NCBI GenBank assembly: GCA_965661375.1
Contig: CBFIDJ010000013.1
Location: 62,455 to 126,454 of the forward strand
Source: Oceanicoccus sp.
Lineage (GTDB): Bacteria > Pseudomonadota > Gammaproteobacteria > Pseudomonadales > Dasaniaceae
Direction of reading: 5' to 3'
Length of the DNA stretch: 64,000 bases
The position numbers and the translations under genes are program-made. The notes beneath the pieces are model-generated. The model ran no database searches. It saw only the letters and a program-made list of their open reading frames with translations, and had not been told where the DNA came from. Positions 19,855 to 30,877 of this stretch are shown in pieces. The number at the start of each line of letters is the position of its first letter. The first letter of the stretch is position 1.

Positions 19855-20826
19855 ATGACACAGCCTACAATCGGTGAGTTTGATCTTATTCGGCAGTACT
19901 TTTCCGATATTGGCCCTCGCTCAGATGCGGTGCCTTTATCCGTTGGTGATGACTGTGCACTGTTGTCAGTCCCCGCAGGCCAGCGGTTGGCGATTTCTAT
20001 TGATAGCTTAATTACGGGTCGGCATTTTCCCGAAGGTGCTAACCCCAAGGATATTGCGACGCGCGCGCTGGCGGTCGCGATCAGCGACCTGGCGGCCATG
20101 GGCGCCACGCCGCTGGCCTTTACTCTTGCCATTGCATTGCCAGAGGCAAACAGCGATTGGCTGGGTTTGTTTTCCGAGGGACTGGCGGAGGCCGCGGACT
20201 TTTATCAAATTCCTCTTGTGGGTGGTGATACCACCAAGGGGCCTCTAACCGTTACTGTTCAGGTGCATGGCTCGGTTGCGGGCAACGGCTTACAGCGCTC
20301 TGCTGCGCAGGCTGGCGATAGTATTTTTGTAACAGGATTTCTGGGTGATGGTGCTGCGGCACTGGCCCTTATCCAGCAGCAAATCAAAGCTGATCCGCAA
20401 CAGGGGGAGTATCTGTTAAGCCGTTTTTACCGTCCCCAAGCCCGGGTGGTGCTGGGACAGCAGTTACTGGGTGTCGCCAATGCGGCGATCGATATTTCCG
20501 ATGGACTGGTGGCTGATCTTGGCCATATAACCAGGGCCTCCTCACTGGCGGCAGAAATACAAGTGGATGCCTTACCGCTGTCAGCCGTATTAAAAGCAGT
20601 GGCTAGCGAATCGCAGGCCCGCCACTATGCGTTAGCCGGCGGTGATGACTATGAGTTGTGCTTGACGGTGTCACAAAATAACAAACAACAGCTGTTAGCA
20701 TGCTGTCGCGCGGCCGGTGTGGAAATCACAGAGATTGGTACTATAAAAGCCGGTGCTGGTGTGAGCTGTATTGACCGTGATGGAAAACCGCTGGAACTGG
20801 TGCGCACCGGATATCAGCATTTTTAA
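19855..20826 (+). CDS. thiL: Thiamine-monophosphate kinase
   Basis: GEFDLIRQYF, GDDCA, SDLAAMGA, GGDTT, IDISDGL, GGDDYEL; ATG at 19855. Confidence 0.97.
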   Translation: MTQPTIGEFDLIRQYFSDIGPRSDAVPLSVGDDCALLSVPAGQRLAISIDSLITGRHFPEGANPKDIATRALAVAISDLAAMGATPLAFTLAIALPEANSDWLGLFSEGLAEAADFYQIPLVGGDTTKGPLTVTVQVHGSVAGNGLQRSAAQAGDSIFVTGFLGDGAAALALIQQQIKADPQQGEYLLSRFYRPQARVVLGQQLLGVANAAIDISDGLVADLGHITRASSLAAEIQVDALPLSAVLKAVASESQARHYALAGGDDYELCLTVSQNNKQQLLACCRAAGVEITEIGTIKAGAGVSCIDRDGKPLELVRTGYQHF

Positions 20827-20858
20827 GGTATATTAGACCTACCGTTAGAAGAATTCGT

Positions 20859-21332
20859 ATGCCGATCAATAATAAGAAAATAATCCTCAATCCGATTCAT
20901 TGTCTGGCCTTTGGCTTTGGTAGCGGCCTGGCACCTAAGGCGCCGGGTACCTTTGGCACGTTGATGGCTATCCCGTTATATCTCGCCTTAAACCAGTTGC
21001 CGCTTGTCGCCTATGCGGTAGTGTTAGTGCTGGCCTTTGTGTTGGGGGTCTATCTCTGTGGCAAAACCGCCGAGGATTTAGGCGTGCATGATCATCCGGG
21101 TATTGTCTGGGATGAATTTGTTGGTTTCTGGCTGACGATGTTTGCGGCGCCGGCAGGCTGGTTATGGATATTGCTGGGCTTTGCGCTGTTTCGTCTGTTT
21201 GATATCTGGAAACCCTGGCCGATCAAAATCTTCGACAAAAATATGGAGAGCGGGCTGGGTATTATGATTGATGATGTGCTGGCCGGTATTTATGCCTTAA
21301 TTGTTTTGCAGCTGCTGGCGGCTGTGATCTAG
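20859..21332 (+). CDS. pgpA: Phosphatidylglycerophosphatase A
   Basis: GSGLAPKAPGTFGT, HDHPGIVWDE, FRLFDIWKPWP, GIMIDD. Confidence 0.97.
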   Translation: MPINNKKIILNPIHCLAFGFGSGLAPKAPGTFGTLMAIPLYLALNQLPLVAYAVVLVLAFVLGVYLCGKTAEDLGVHDHPGIVWDEFVGFWLTMFAAPAGWLWILLGFALFRLFDIWKPWPIKIFDKNMESGLGIMIDDVLAGIYALIVLQLLAAVI

Positions 21333-21414
21333 ACTTATAGTATCCGCTCAAATTAACGGTTAGAAGGCGAAGCGCTAACCGCAATAGTAATATTCATTTT
21401 TATCAGGGGTTGAT

Positions 21415-22269
21415 GTGAGTAATATTTATCGAAGCAGTACACCAGTGGTTTGGACTATAGGTCACTCCGACTCCTGTGCGGGTACGGGGGTGCAGGCTGA
21501 TCTGCATACCTTCCATGACTTTGAACTCTATGGTTGTAATGTGATTACGGCGCTGGTTGCACAAAACTCCTTTGCCCGTGGTTATAGCGTGCCAACGGAG
21601 CGTAAAAGTATTGTTGCGCAAATTAATGCCCTGGATAGCGATATGCCTGCCAAGGTTATCAAGGTGGGTGCGCTGCCTAATCTGGACGCATTGGAGCCAG
21701 TCGCTAAATATCTTGCTGATTACGATGGTTATGTCATTTACGATCTGGAACTGGAGAGTTGTGAAGAGTTGGTCGCTACAGAAGGCAAGCGGATACGCGA
21801 TGAGTTTCTGCCGCGGGTTGATCTGTTTGTCGCTAATACCAATGAAGTGGCTGCGATTATTGATGTGAAGGTTGAAGGGCGTGAGGATATGCTGGCCGCT
21901 GCTGAAAGGCTGCTGGTTGCCGGAGCGCGTTCGGTGTTGATAACCGGAGCACAGTTCCCGGAATTTGCTGGTAAACGGATTGATTACTGGAGCGATGGCG
22001 TGCAGTCTTTTTGGGCGATAATTGAGGCCGTCAGCTCGGTCAACAACCGGGGTGGTGGCAGTACGCTATCAGCGGCGCTGACGGCGACTATTGCCCGAGG
22101 GCATGAGATACGTGAAGCCATGTCAATTGCCAAAGCCTATGTCACTCGTGGCATTATTGAAGGTAATCAGGTGGGTAGTGGCCCAGGGTCCGTGGCTCAT
22201 CTCGGAATGCCGAACGAAGACGATACCGGATTGCCATTGATTTATACTGAGTTGCCGGAAAACCTTTAA
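21415..22269 (+). CDS. ThiD/PfkB-family HMP kinase-like protein with degenerate active-site motifs
   Basis: SDSCAGTGVQADLHTF and TLSAA...AKAYV...GPG motifs match ThiD; canonical HGTGC appears as RGGGS. Confidence 0.8.
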   Translation: MSNIYRSSTPVVWTIGHSDSCAGTGVQADLHTFHDFELYGCNVITALVAQNSFARGYSVPTERKSIVAQINALDSDMPAKVIKVGALPNLDALEPVAKYLADYDGYVIYDLELESCEELVATEGKRIRDEFLPRVDLFVANTNEVAAIIDVKVEGREDMLAAAERLLVAGARSVLITGAQFPEFAGKRIDYWSDGVQSFWAIIEAVSSVNNRGGGSTLSAALTATIARGHEIREAMSIAKAYVTRGIIEGNQVGSGPGSVAHLGMPNEDDTGLPLIYTELPENL

Positions 22270-22292
22270 CGCATAGACCGAGGGACAGGGAA

Positions 22293-22970
22293 TTGTCAGC
22301 AACGATTGTCAAAACCAGTTTGAGAAAAAGTACGTTACATTGGATCGCGGCAGGGCTAGTGATTGCTATGTTTAGCGGCTGGGCGGAGGCCGTGGATATC
22401 CAGGCTAAGGCGCTATTAAAAGGCGCGGCTATGCTGGAGATTGATGGCCAGAGACGCATGCTGCGAGTCGGTCAAAATAGCCCTGAGGGGGTAACGTTGA
22501 TCTCAGCAACACCCAGGCAAGCGGTTATCGAGCTTGATGGGCAGCGCAGCACGCTTGGCCTCAGCACCCGAATCAGCAGCCATTACACTAAACCCGAGCT
22601 GCGTCAGATTGCCATTCCCCGCGACCAGCGCAACCAATACATTACCAATGCCACCATTAACGGCCGGCGTTTGCAGGTATTAGTCGATACCGGTGCTAAT
22701 GTGGTGGCAATTAGTGGGCGGCAGGCCAGCCAGCTGGGGATTGATTACCAGTCGGGGACACCCTCGCGGGTGATAACTGCTAGTGGCGAGGCGCTGGCCT
22801 ATAGGGTGGTTCTGGATTCCGTCTCAGTTGGGGGAATAAAGGTGTCTCGCGTGCAAGCTTCAGTAGTGGAGGGCAGCTATCCGGAAATGGTGCTGCTGGG
22901 GATGAGCTTTCTGCAGCACGTAGAGATGAAAGAACAGAGCGGCAGCCTGATACTGCAAGCGAAGTTTTGA
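22293..22970 (+). CDS. Retropepsin-like clan AA aspartic protease (TIGR02281-like)
   Basis: VLVDTGA catalytic motif, LLGMSFL, N-terminal signal/TM segment. Confidence 0.9.
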   Translation: MSATIVKTSLRKSTLHWIAAGLVIAMFSGWAEAVDIQAKALLKGAAMLEIDGQRRMLRVGQNSPEGVTLISATPRQAVIELDGQRSTLGLSTRISSHYTKPELRQIAIPRDQRNQYITNATINGRRLQVLVDTGANVVAISGRQASQLGIDYQSGTPSRVITASGEALAYRVVLDSVSVGGIKVSRVQASVVEGSYPEMVLLGMSFLQHVEMKEQSGSLILQAKF

Positions 22971-23136
22971 GGTGATTGCTTAATAGCCTGTTCCTGCGAG
23001 CGAGTGTCCCACGCTCCCGGATTCTTACCCCCCGTTTTCTTAATAGCCACCCCGTCTATCTACTGGTAGAATGTGCGCCCGCTCTGGGGCAGCTAGCTCT
23101 GAATAACCCCATATTGATACCCGGTTGGAGAAGTCC

Positions 23137-23730
23137 GTGTCCATACGTTTTATCGAATCAGCCAAGTTGCCTACCCCTTGGGCAGTTTTTGATATGCATG
23201 GATTTGAAGACGCTGCGACCGACAAGGAACACGTTGTATTAAGTCTGGGTGATGTCGGTGATGGCGAGCCAGTACTGGCTCGTATTCATTCCGAATGCCT
23301 GACTGGCGATGCCCTGTTCAGTATGCGTTGTGACTGTGGTGCCCAACTGCAATCGGCCCTGCAAAAAATTGCTGAAGAGGGGCGTGGTGTAATCCTTTAT
23401 CTCCGACAGGAAGGTCGGGGCATCGGCTTGCTCAACAAGATTAAAGCCTACCATTTGCAAGATGAAGGTGCCGATACTGTTGAGGCCAATGAGCGCTTGG
23501 GCTTTGGTGCGGATATGCGGGATTACAGCATCTGCAATGTGATGCTGGAGCACCTGAATATCAAGCAGGTACGTTTGATGACCAATAACCCGCGCAAGGT
23601 CAAAGCGCTGACCGATCAGGGTATTGATGTGGTTGAGCGCATTCCGCTGCAGACCGGGCAAAACCCGCATAATGCCAAGTATCTGGCGACCAAGGCTGGC
23701 AAGCTGGGTCATCTGATGGGCGGTGAGTAA
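23137..23730 (+). CDS. ribA: GTP cyclohydrolase II
   Basis: [33 protein letters not shown]; GTG at 23137 after GGAG. Confidence 0.98.
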   Translation: MSIRFIESAKLPTPWAVFDMHGFEDAATDKEHVVLSLGDVGDGEPVLARIHSECLTGDALFSMRCDCGAQLQSALQKIAEEGRGVILYLRQEGRGIGLLNKIKAYHLQDEGADTVEANERLGFGADMRDYSICNVMLEHLNIKQVRLMTNNPRKVKALTDQGIDVVERIPLQTGQNPHNAKYLATKAGKLGHLMGGE

Positions 23731-23858
23731 TCTTTGCTATCGGTTCATTCTGATTGGTATTCTGGCCAGCATTAATGCCTCGGTTGGCAACCCGTTTGAT
23801 TAAAGCGGCGCTGCCTGGAAAAATCTGTTAATAAAGACCTGTTTTGGGAGGTCTTTAT

Positions 23859-25787
23859 TTAGAACGTCTCGATCACTTTGGCTGCGTGTGGCTGGTCGCC
23901 TTGTAAGAGTTTCAAGCGCTGTTCGATAGCGGCCTGAATGCCGTGACTGTCGAGTCCACAGGTCGCCAACATATCCTTGTGCTTTCCATGTTCGACAAAG
24001 ATGTCAGGCAGCCCCAGTTGTAATACGGGGATGACAATGCCCTGAGTATTTAAATGCTCGATGACTGCACTGCCCGCACCACCCGCTATCGCATTCTCTT
24101 CCAGCGTCACCAGCAACTCATGGCTGGCAGCCAGCTCTTCTATCAAAGCGACATCCAGCGGTTTGACAAAGCGCATATCAGCCACGGTAGCGTTGAGCGC
24201 GTCAGCGGCTGGCAGGGCATTGCCGAGCAGGGTGCCGAAATTGAGAATAGCGACGCCGGTGCCTGGTCTACGTATGAGGCCCTTACCGATCGGCAAGGCT
24301 GTCATGGTTTTTTCTATGGCGGTACCGGGGCCGGTGCCGCGAGGATAGCGCACCGCCGCCGGGCCCTGATGGACATAGCCTGTATACAGTAGCTGGCGGG
24401 TTTCGTTCTCATCGGAGGGTGCCATTACCACCATATTGGGGATGCAGCGCAAATAGCTCAGGTCGAAACTACCGGCATGTGAAGGGCCGTCTTCGCCTAC
24501 CAGACCAGCGCGGTCGATTCCAAACAGCACATCCAGATCCTGTAGTGCAACATCGTGAATCAGTTGGTCGTAGGCGCGCTGTAAAAAGGTGGAATAAATA
24601 GCCACCACCGGTTTCAGCCCATCGCAGGCCATACCGGCAGCCAGAGTGACGGCGTGTTGCTCGGCGATGGCAACATCGTGATAGCGATCGGCAAAGCGTT
24701 CCGAAAATTCGATCATGCCAGAGCCTTCGCCCATGGCCGGAGTGATACCGATTAAGCGCTCATCCTGGGCCGCCATATCGCAGAGCCATTCGCCAAATAT
24801 CGCTTGGTACTTAGGGCCAGCTTTTTTGGTGGGTGTGGATATCGCAGGTGTTGGTTTAGGATCAATCTTATTGATAGCGTGATAGCCAACCGGGTCTGCC
24901 TCTGCGGGGGCGAAGCCCTTACCTTTTTGAGTAATAATATGCAGTAGTTGCGGGCCGGGCAGGTCGCGCATATTGCCAATGGTGGTCAGTAGAGTTGGCA
25001 AGTCGTGGCCGTCGATCGGACCGATATAATTAAAGCCGAGTTCTTCAAATAGGGTGCCAGGAGCCACCATTCCTTTCATGTGCTCTTCTACCCGGCGAGC
25101 AAAATCCCAGGCAGGAGGTATTTTTGAAAGTACTTTTTTGCTGCCTTCGCGAAGGGCGGTATAGGTTTTGCTGGCCCAGATTTTGGAGAAATAAGTATTG
25201 AGGCCTCCGGTATTGCGTGAGATTGACATCTGGTTGTCGTTGAGGATGACCAGCATATCCACATCGACATGAGCCGCGTGGTTAAGGGCCTCAAAGGCCA
25301 TACCTGCGGTCATGGCGCCGTCACCTATAACGGCAACGGTTTTACGATCAATGCCCTGCTGCCGGGCGGCGATGGCCATGCCCAATGCTGCGCTGATGCT
25401 GGTACTTGAATGCCCGACACCAAAGGTATCGTAGGGACTTTCACTGCGCTTGGGAAAGCCGGCCAACCCACCCTGTTGCCGCATGGTCTGCATTTGCTCG
25501 CGACGACCGGTGATAATTTTATGGGGGTAGCCCTGATGACCGACATCCCAGACGATTCTGTCATCCGGAGTATTAAAGAGGTAGTGCAGGGCGACGGTCA
25601 GTTCCACCACCCCCAGCCCGGCACCGAAATGACCTCCTGTTTGGCCTACGGTGTACAGTAAATACTCGCGCAGCTCATTGATCAGCTGAGGTAATTGCTC
25701 TTCATCCAGCTGTCGGAGATGAGCTGTTTCGTCGATGCTATCCAGTATCGGAGTGACTGGGCGATTGCGCGGTATTTCGTTAAGCAT
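23859..25787 (-). CDS. dxs: 1-deoxy-D-xylulose-5-phosphate synthase
   Basis: [43 protein letters not shown]; ATG at 25787 preferred. Confidence 0.98.
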   Translation of the reverse strand: MLNEIPRNRPVTPILDSIDETAHLRQLDEEQLPQLINELREYLLYTVGQTGGHFGAGLGVVELTVALHYLFNTPDDRIVWDVGHQGYPHKIITGRREQMQTMRQQGGLAGFPKRSESPYDTFGVGHSSTSISAALGMAIAARQQGIDRKTVAVIGDGAMTAGMAFEALNHAAHVDVDMLVILNDNQMSISRNTGGLNTYFSKIWASKTYTALREGSKKVLSKIPPAWDFARRVEEHMKGMVAPGTLFEELGFNYIGPIDGHDLPTLLTTIGNMRDLPGPQLLHIITQKGKGFAPAEADPVGYHAINKIDPKPTPAISTPTKKAGPKYQAIFGEWLCDMAAQDERLIGITPAMGEGSGMIEFSERFADRYHDVAIAEQHAVTLAAGMACDGLKPVVAIYSTFLQRAYDQLIHDVALQDLDVLFGIDRAGLVGEDGPSHAGSFDLSYLRCIPNMVVMAPSDENETRQLLYTGYVHQGPAAVRYPRGTGPGTAIEKTMTALPIGKGLIRRPGTGVAILNFGTLLGNALPAADALNATVADMRFVKPLDVALIEELAASHELLVTLEENAIAGGAGSAVIEHLNTQGIVIPVLQLGLPDIFVEHGKHKDMLATCGLDSHGIQAAIEQRLKLLQGDQPHAAKVIETF

Positions 25788-25967
25788 GCAGTGGCTTTGC
25801 TGATTCAATAATCTGTCGTCTGGGTTGATTGGCCGCCACAATTTCTGTGCGACCATTAATTGCAGAATTGTAACGCAAAGTGATTGATTTGACTTGTTTA
25901 ATATACCAAGGCCACACCGTCCTTGGCCCGGGGCGCTTATTAAAACTGGATTGTCGTCTGCTTTAAT

Positions 25968-26912
25968 TTAGTGAGAGCGGTTAATGATATAGTGAGACAG
26001 GGCCCTCAGCTGTTCGGCGCTGTCACCTAACCCTGCCAGTGCTGACAGGGCGGTCTGATGCAGCTCGTCGGCCTTGGCTTTGGCGCCTTCCAGCCCCAGC
26101 AGCGAGGGATAGGTGGGTTTGTTTAAAGCCTGATCGGCACCTTGGGTTTTGCCCAGTGTTGCGGTGTCGCTTTCAATATCGAGAATGTCATCCTTTACCT
26201 GAAAGGCCAGGCCAATGCTCTCGGCATAACTATCCAGTAACTTGCAGGTAGTTTCATCAGCCAGTGCGATAGTGGCACCCATTTGTACCGCTGCCCTTAT
26301 TAAAGCCCCGGTTTTCAATCGGTGAATGGTCTCCAGATGTTCCAGTGCAATCTGTTGGTCAACGGCATTCAGGTCGATTACTTGCCCGCCTACCATGCCT
26401 CTTTGGCCCGCAGCCTGAGCCAGTAGGCGAACCAGCTGCAGCCGAGCTTCAGCGTCGCTTTGTTCCAGCTCAGTCAATAATTCGAAGGCACGGGTTTGCA
26501 GGGCGTCCCCCGCGAGAATAGCTGTGGCTTCATCAAAGGCGCGGTGGCAGGTGGGTTGGCCACGGCGCAGGTCATCGTCGTCCATGGCGGGTAAATCGTC
26601 ATGGATTAAGGAATAGGCGTGAATCATTTCGAGCGCTGCGGCGGCCCGATCCAGATCCTGGTCAATCGCGGGGAGCAGGTCTGGGTTCACTGCCTGGGCG
26701 GCGGCATACACCAGTACCGGTCGAACGCGTTTGCCGCCATTAATCAGGCTGTAATGCATCGATTGTTGCAGGCGGGCGAGGGGTTGCTCGCTGTTAGTTG
26801 GGCTGAAGGGAGACTGGAAGCTGCCAAGGTGTGTTGCCAGTGCTAAATTGATGCGTTCCTGACTGGCGCTTAAAAACGCAATAAAATCGCTGCTGGTTTC
26901 TAGGTTGCTCAT
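25968..26912 (-). CDS. ispA: Farnesyl diphosphate synthase
   Basis: [40 protein letters not shown]. Confidence 0.97.
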   Translation of the reverse strand: MSNLETSSDFIAFLSASQERINLALATHLGSFQSPFSPTNSEQPLARLQQSMHYSLINGGKRVRPVLVYAAAQAVNPDLLPAIDQDLDRAAAALEMIHAYSLIHDDLPAMDDDDLRRGQPTCHRAFDEATAILAGDALQTRAFELLTELEQSDAEARLQLVRLLAQAAGQRGMVGGQVIDLNAVDQQIALEHLETIHRLKTGALIRAAVQMGATIALADETTCKLLDSYAESIGLAFQVKDDILDIESDTATLGKTQGADQALNKPTYPSLLGLEGAKAKADELHQTALSALAGLGDSAEQLRALSHYIINRSH

Positions 26913-27163
26913 TCCTCAATAGCGTCCTCGTCATCCAGCTCAACGGTTTTGAGCTTACCGTTTTCCTCAATCAGCATCTGCACTTTTTGTTCTGCCTGAG
27001 TGAGTGCCGATTGGCAGTCACGGGTTAACTTGATGCCCTGCTCAAAGGCTTTGAGCGATTCTTCCAGGGTCAGGTCTCCGGTTTCCATTTCTTCTACCAG
27101 TTCTTCAAGCTGGTCGAGGGCTTCCTCAAAGTCGATGGTTTTCTTACTACCAGCTTTGGCCAT
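26909..27163 (-). CDS. xseB: Exodeoxyribonuclease VII small subunit
   Basis: [16 protein letters not shown]...[11 protein letters not shown]...AEQKV; xseB-ispA-dxs order; 4-bp overlap with ispA. Confidence 0.96.
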   Translation of the reverse strand: MAKAGSKKTIDFEEALDQLEELVEEMETGDLTLEESLKAFEQGIKLTRDCQSALTQAEQKVQMLIEENGKLKTVELDDEDAIEE

Positions 27164-27306
27164 AACGAGAGCTCCGGGTTGAGGGTGCAGTAGTGACAGA
27201 TGTGGGTATTCAGGCGGAGGCAAAGGTAACTGAGGGGCGGGTGCTGGTCAATGCTTTGCGGTTGAAATTGATGGCGATGTAGTGATTGGAGGGCGTGTAT
27301 CTGTGC

Positions 27307-27333
27307 TAAAGTCCGTGGCTTTCAGGCCGTTAT
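27307..27333 (+). promoter_or_regulatory. sigma28 (FliA) promoter upstream of pomA
   Basis: TAAA-N15-GCCGTTAT versus consensus TAAA-N15-GCCGATAA, about 205 nt upstream of the pomA GTG. Confidence 0.75.
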
Positions 27334-27538
27334 ATTGGGGGATCTCTGCACCTCCTTCAGATCTATTTATTGATTAGTAGGATGGTGTCGATTGGAGGTT
27401 AAACCCCCTTTTACTGAGTTGCTGGGCTGTACTAGTCACAGATAAGGTCTAGACTGTAAGTGACGGAAAAACGGAGCTTTTTTCGTTCTTCAAAGAATAA
27501 TTCAGGGCAGGTCAATTTAAATTGATGGGAGTCAGTTA

Positions 27539-28297
27539 GTGGATTTAGCAACCTTAATTGGCATGATTGGTGCCATGGCCATCATCTTAACATCCATGGT
27601 GCTCAGTGGTGGCATCGGCATGTTTGTGGATGTGCCTTCGGTCCTGATTGTTATTGTGGGCAGTCTATTTGTTGTGATGTCGAAGTTTGGCCTGGGGCAG
27701 TTTCTCGGTGCGGGGAAAGTGGCAGCCAAAGCGTTCATGTTTAAGGCTGAAGACCCCGCTGAATTGATCGAAGAAATTGTAGGATTAGCCGATGAGGCGC
27801 GCAAGGGTGGGCTGCTGGCGTTGGAGGGTAAAGAGCTGAGCAGCGATTTCCTGCAGGGGGGGATTCAGTTGCTGGTTGATGGTCATGATCCTGAGGTAGT
27901 GAAAACTCTGCTCTCCAAAGATAAAAACAAAACCGTCGAACGGCATGAATTAGGTGCGAAAATATTCAGTGCGCTGGGTGATGTAGCGCCAGCGATGGGT
28001 ATGATTGGTACCCTGGTGGGGCTGGTGGCCATGCTGTCCAATATGGATGATCCCAAATCCATCGGTCCGGCGATGGCGGTGGCGTTGTTAACCACGCTTT
28101 ACGGTGCGATGCTGGCTAATATGGTGGCTATCCCGATCTCCGATAAATTATCCCTGCGCCGCGGCGAGGAGGATATGAACAAAAGCCTGATTATTGATGC
28201 GCTGCTGGCCATTCAAGGCGGCCAAAACCCTCGTGTTATAGATTCCATGTTGCGTAACTATCTACCCTCCAGTCAACGTAGTAAAGAGGACGAGTAG
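27539..28297 (+). CDS. pomA: Flagellar stator A subunit, PomA type
   Basis: MDLATLIG, EARKGGLLALE, APAMGMIGTLVGLV, GPAMAVALLTTLYG. Confidence 0.93.
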   Translation: MDLATLIGMIGAMAIILTSMVLSGGIGMFVDVPSVLIVIVGSLFVVMSKFGLGQFLGAGKVAAKAFMFKAEDPAELIEEIVGLADEARKGGLLALEGKELSSDFLQGGIQLLVDGHDPEVVKTLLSKDKNKTVERHELGAKIFSALGDVAPAMGMIGTLVGLVAMLSNMDDPKSIGPAMAVALLTTLYGAMLANMVAIPISDKLSLRRGEEDMNKSLIIDALLAIQGGQNPRVIDSMLRNYLPSSQRSKEDE

Positions 28298-28336
28298 TTT
28301 ACCTGAAGGTGAGCTAGGGTCTTAGCGGATAAATCT

Positions 28337-29359
28337 ATGAGTGATCAAGAAGAATGTCCCAAATGTCCCCCGCCTGGTGCGCCAGGTTGGATGGGTACCT
28401 TTGCGGACTTAATGTCACTGTTGATGTGTTTTTTCGTTTTGTTGCTGTCTTTCTCTGAAATGGATGCGATGAAATTCAAGCGTCTGGCCGGTTCTATGGC
28501 GCAGGCTTTTGGGGTACAGAATAAACTCGATGTTAAAGATGTGCCAAAGGGTACCAGCATTATTGCGCAGGAATTTAGCCCCGGTCGTCCCGAGCCAACA
28601 CCGATTAATGAAATTTACCAGCGCACTGACGATTTGACTGAGCTGTCACTCGAAGTGAAGGATGCCGAGGAGTACGATATTGAAGCTGGCATCGAGGGTG
28701 AAGAAGGTGGTGCACCTGAGGATGCCAAATCGACGGAAGTCAGCGAAGAGGCGGTGCTGGAAAAAATTGAGGAAATGATCAAGGAAACCCAGCAGGATGC
28801 GCGTGATATTGCTGCCGCTTTACAGGAGCAAATTGCAAAGGGTGAAGTCGAAATAGAAACACAGGGGCGACAGATAACCGTGCGCATTCGCGAAAAGGGA
28901 TCTTTTGCCTCCGGTTCGGCGGAGTTGGCCGGCAATTATCTTCCCCTGTTACAGGAAATGCGTGATGTACTTGCTACCAAAGAAGGTTCCATTTCTATTC
29001 AGGGGCATACCGATAATATCCCGATAAAAACCAGTCGGTTTCGCTCGAATTGGGAGTTATCAACCAGTCGGGCCGTATCGGTAGCTCATGCAATTTTTGA
29101 TGGCAATATTCTCAACCCCAATCGAGTAGAGGTTAGCGGCTTTGCTGAAACACGCCCACTTGCCAGCAACGAAACTGCTGAGGGGCGAGCGAAAAACCGG
29201 CGGGTTGAGATTGTTATTCAACAAGGACTGGGTGGTGAAACGATGAAAAAAGGTTTGCAGCAACTGAAACGCTCCGACCCGGCACGTTATGAATCGCTGG
29301 AACTGGAAACCGAACAGAATAAAGAAGTGTTTGAGTTGGATCGTTCAGAAATTTTCTGA
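28337..29359 (+). CDS. pomB: Flagellar stator B subunit, PomB type
   Basis: WMGTFADLMSLLMCFFVLLLSFSEMD (Vibrio PomB-like TM with the essential Asp); OmpA-like domain GHTD...NWELS...NRRVEI. Confidence 0.92.
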   Translation: MSDQEECPKCPPPGAPGWMGTFADLMSLLMCFFVLLLSFSEMDAMKFKRLAGSMAQAFGVQNKLDVKDVPKGTSIIAQEFSPGRPEPTPINEIYQRTDDLTELSLEVKDAEEYDIEAGIEGEEGGAPEDAKSTEVSEEAVLEKIEEMIKETQQDARDIAAALQEQIAKGEVEIETQGRQITVRIREKGSFASGSAELAGNYLPLLQEMRDVLATKEGSISIQGHTDNIPIKTSRFRSNWELSTSRAVSVAHAIFDGNILNPNRVEVSGFAETRPLASNETAEGRAKNRRVEIVIQQGLGGETMKKGLQQLKRSDPARYESLELETEQNKEVFELDRSEIF

Positions 29360-29453
29360 GTGTGTTTTATTTATTATCGAGGCTGGAGTTAATTAAGATG
29401 TCTCTCTACAAGTGTCTGCACAAAGCCTCTAATTACTAAGTCAACGGAACCGT

Positions 29454-30029
29454 ATGTCAGAAGAACGCCGTCGTTATTTTCGTATCACTGATTCCATGGG
29501 TATTTCCTACCGTCCCTTGGGCGAGGAGGAAGCCAGAGCATTTGCTCGTCAAGCGAAGGAGTCGGGTGGTCAGTTTGATTATGCGGCGAATTTTGATAAC
29601 CGAATTCAGACCTTGCTGGATGCTTGCAAGATTCAGGCGCCGATCGCTGCAGAATTACTCGATCTAATGAATAAGAAATTAAATTTTGTGATTCAGCAAA
29701 TGGATGTCGATGCGGAATTGGTACACCGGATTGCCTATTCTACCCGAGAGGTCAACGTCAGTGCCTGCGGCATGGCCTTTGCCAATGAAGAAGCGCTGGC
29801 AAAAGGGCAGCAATTGCAGCTGGATATTTTATTGCACCCGTCGGAGTTACATGTGGTTGCTCTGGCGGAGGTGGTCGACTGTGAAGCTTTTTCTACCGAT
29901 GGAGAAGATGGCGGGTATTTTATTCGGTTGGACTTTATCGAAATCAATAGTAACGATCAGGAGCTATTGATTCAGCATATTGTAAAACGTCAGTCCGTGA
30001 TGCTGAAGCAACGGCGTCACATCAATTAA
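29454..30029 (+). CDS. PilZ domain protein with helical insertion
   Basis: ERRRYFRI (RxxxR) at the N-terminus, NVSACG ((D/N)xSxxG). Confidence 0.85.
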   Translation: MSEERRRYFRITDSMGISYRPLGEEEARAFARQAKESGGQFDYAANFDNRIQTLLDACKIQAPIAAELLDLMNKKLNFVIQQMDVDAELVHRIAYSTREVNVSACGMAFANEEALAKGQQLQLDILLHPSELHVVALAEVVDCEAFSTDGEDGGYFIRLDFIEINSNDQELLIQHIVKRQSVMLKQRRHIN

Positions 30030-30266
30030 TGCCGCTTTTGGGCAATCAATGCTATGCTTAATGCTAATGATGTAACGGGTTTGTTATAGCTTGTCATAAT
30101 AGTTTCATTTGAATTGTTTTAAATCCAACTAGGTTTCAGGCTAGGTTTATAATAAGCCGGGATACCTGAATAGCTGCTGGATGATTACGCAGGATAGAGA
30201 ATAGACCAACCGTGTAAAAATGACTGGCTTGCCCAATAAGGCGGTGAGCAGATCAAGGAGCGGAGT

Positions 30267-30836
30267 GTGCAGATTCTGAGACTGAATAAGGCGGGACAAC
30301 CCATAGCCTGGCTGGATTGGCAGGAAGCTGTTTGCCTTTACTCTCGGGATTTAGTCTGCTGGACTCTGGGCGATATCATCTTTCGTATTCGAGGCGGTTA
30401 TAATCGCTGCGCTAATCAACAAACTATCGTAGAGCTGCCCAGTATTATTGCCTGCGGTGGTGACCAACTGGGACGACCTCGTGAGAGACCTTCCTTGACT
30501 AATCGGGCTCTATTTGAACGCGATAATTACCAGTGTTTATATTGCGGCAACTATTTTGAAGGCGGGCAGTTAACCCGTGATCATATCATGCCCAGTTCGC
30601 GTGGCGGCTCTGATGTCTGGAAAAACGTAGTGGCCGCCTGTCGTCGTTGTAATCAGCACAAGGGCAACCGAACCCTCAGCGAAGCCAATATGGAATTATT
30701 GGCCTTGCCCTATCAGCCGAACCCTGCAGAATACCTTGCATTGGTTAACAGCCGCAGAATCTTGCCGGATCAGGCTGATTTTCTCAGCAAACAATTTTCT
30801 GCCAATTGCCGCTGGCAAATGCCGGCAATCGCCTAG
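30267..30836 (+). CDS. HNH endonuclease family protein
   Basis: RDNYQCLYCG, TRDHIMP, NVVAACRRCNQHK. Confidence 0.9.
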   Translation: MQILRLNKAGQPIAWLDWQEAVCLYSRDLVCWTLGDIIFRIRGGYNRCANQQTIVELPSIIACGGDQLGRPRERPSLTNRALFERDNYQCLYCGNYFEGGQLTRDHIMPSSRGGSDVWKNVVAACRRCNQHKGNRTLSEANMELLALPYQPNPAEYLALVNSRRILPDQADFLSKQFSANCRWQMPAIA

Positions 30837-30877
30837 GGCGTGTTAACATCAAGAGCCTAATCTAATAGAGACTTATT

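Noticed and set aside
17464-21414. FMN riboswitch before rib genes or TPP riboswitch before thiL/thiD-like genes
   Set aside because: The intergenic gaps are short and lack the recognisable consensus segments.
30267-30836. HNH endonuclease as a mobile or anti-phage element
   Set aside because: No intron, integrase, methylase or other defence gene nearby; it looks like a resident chromosomal HNH family.
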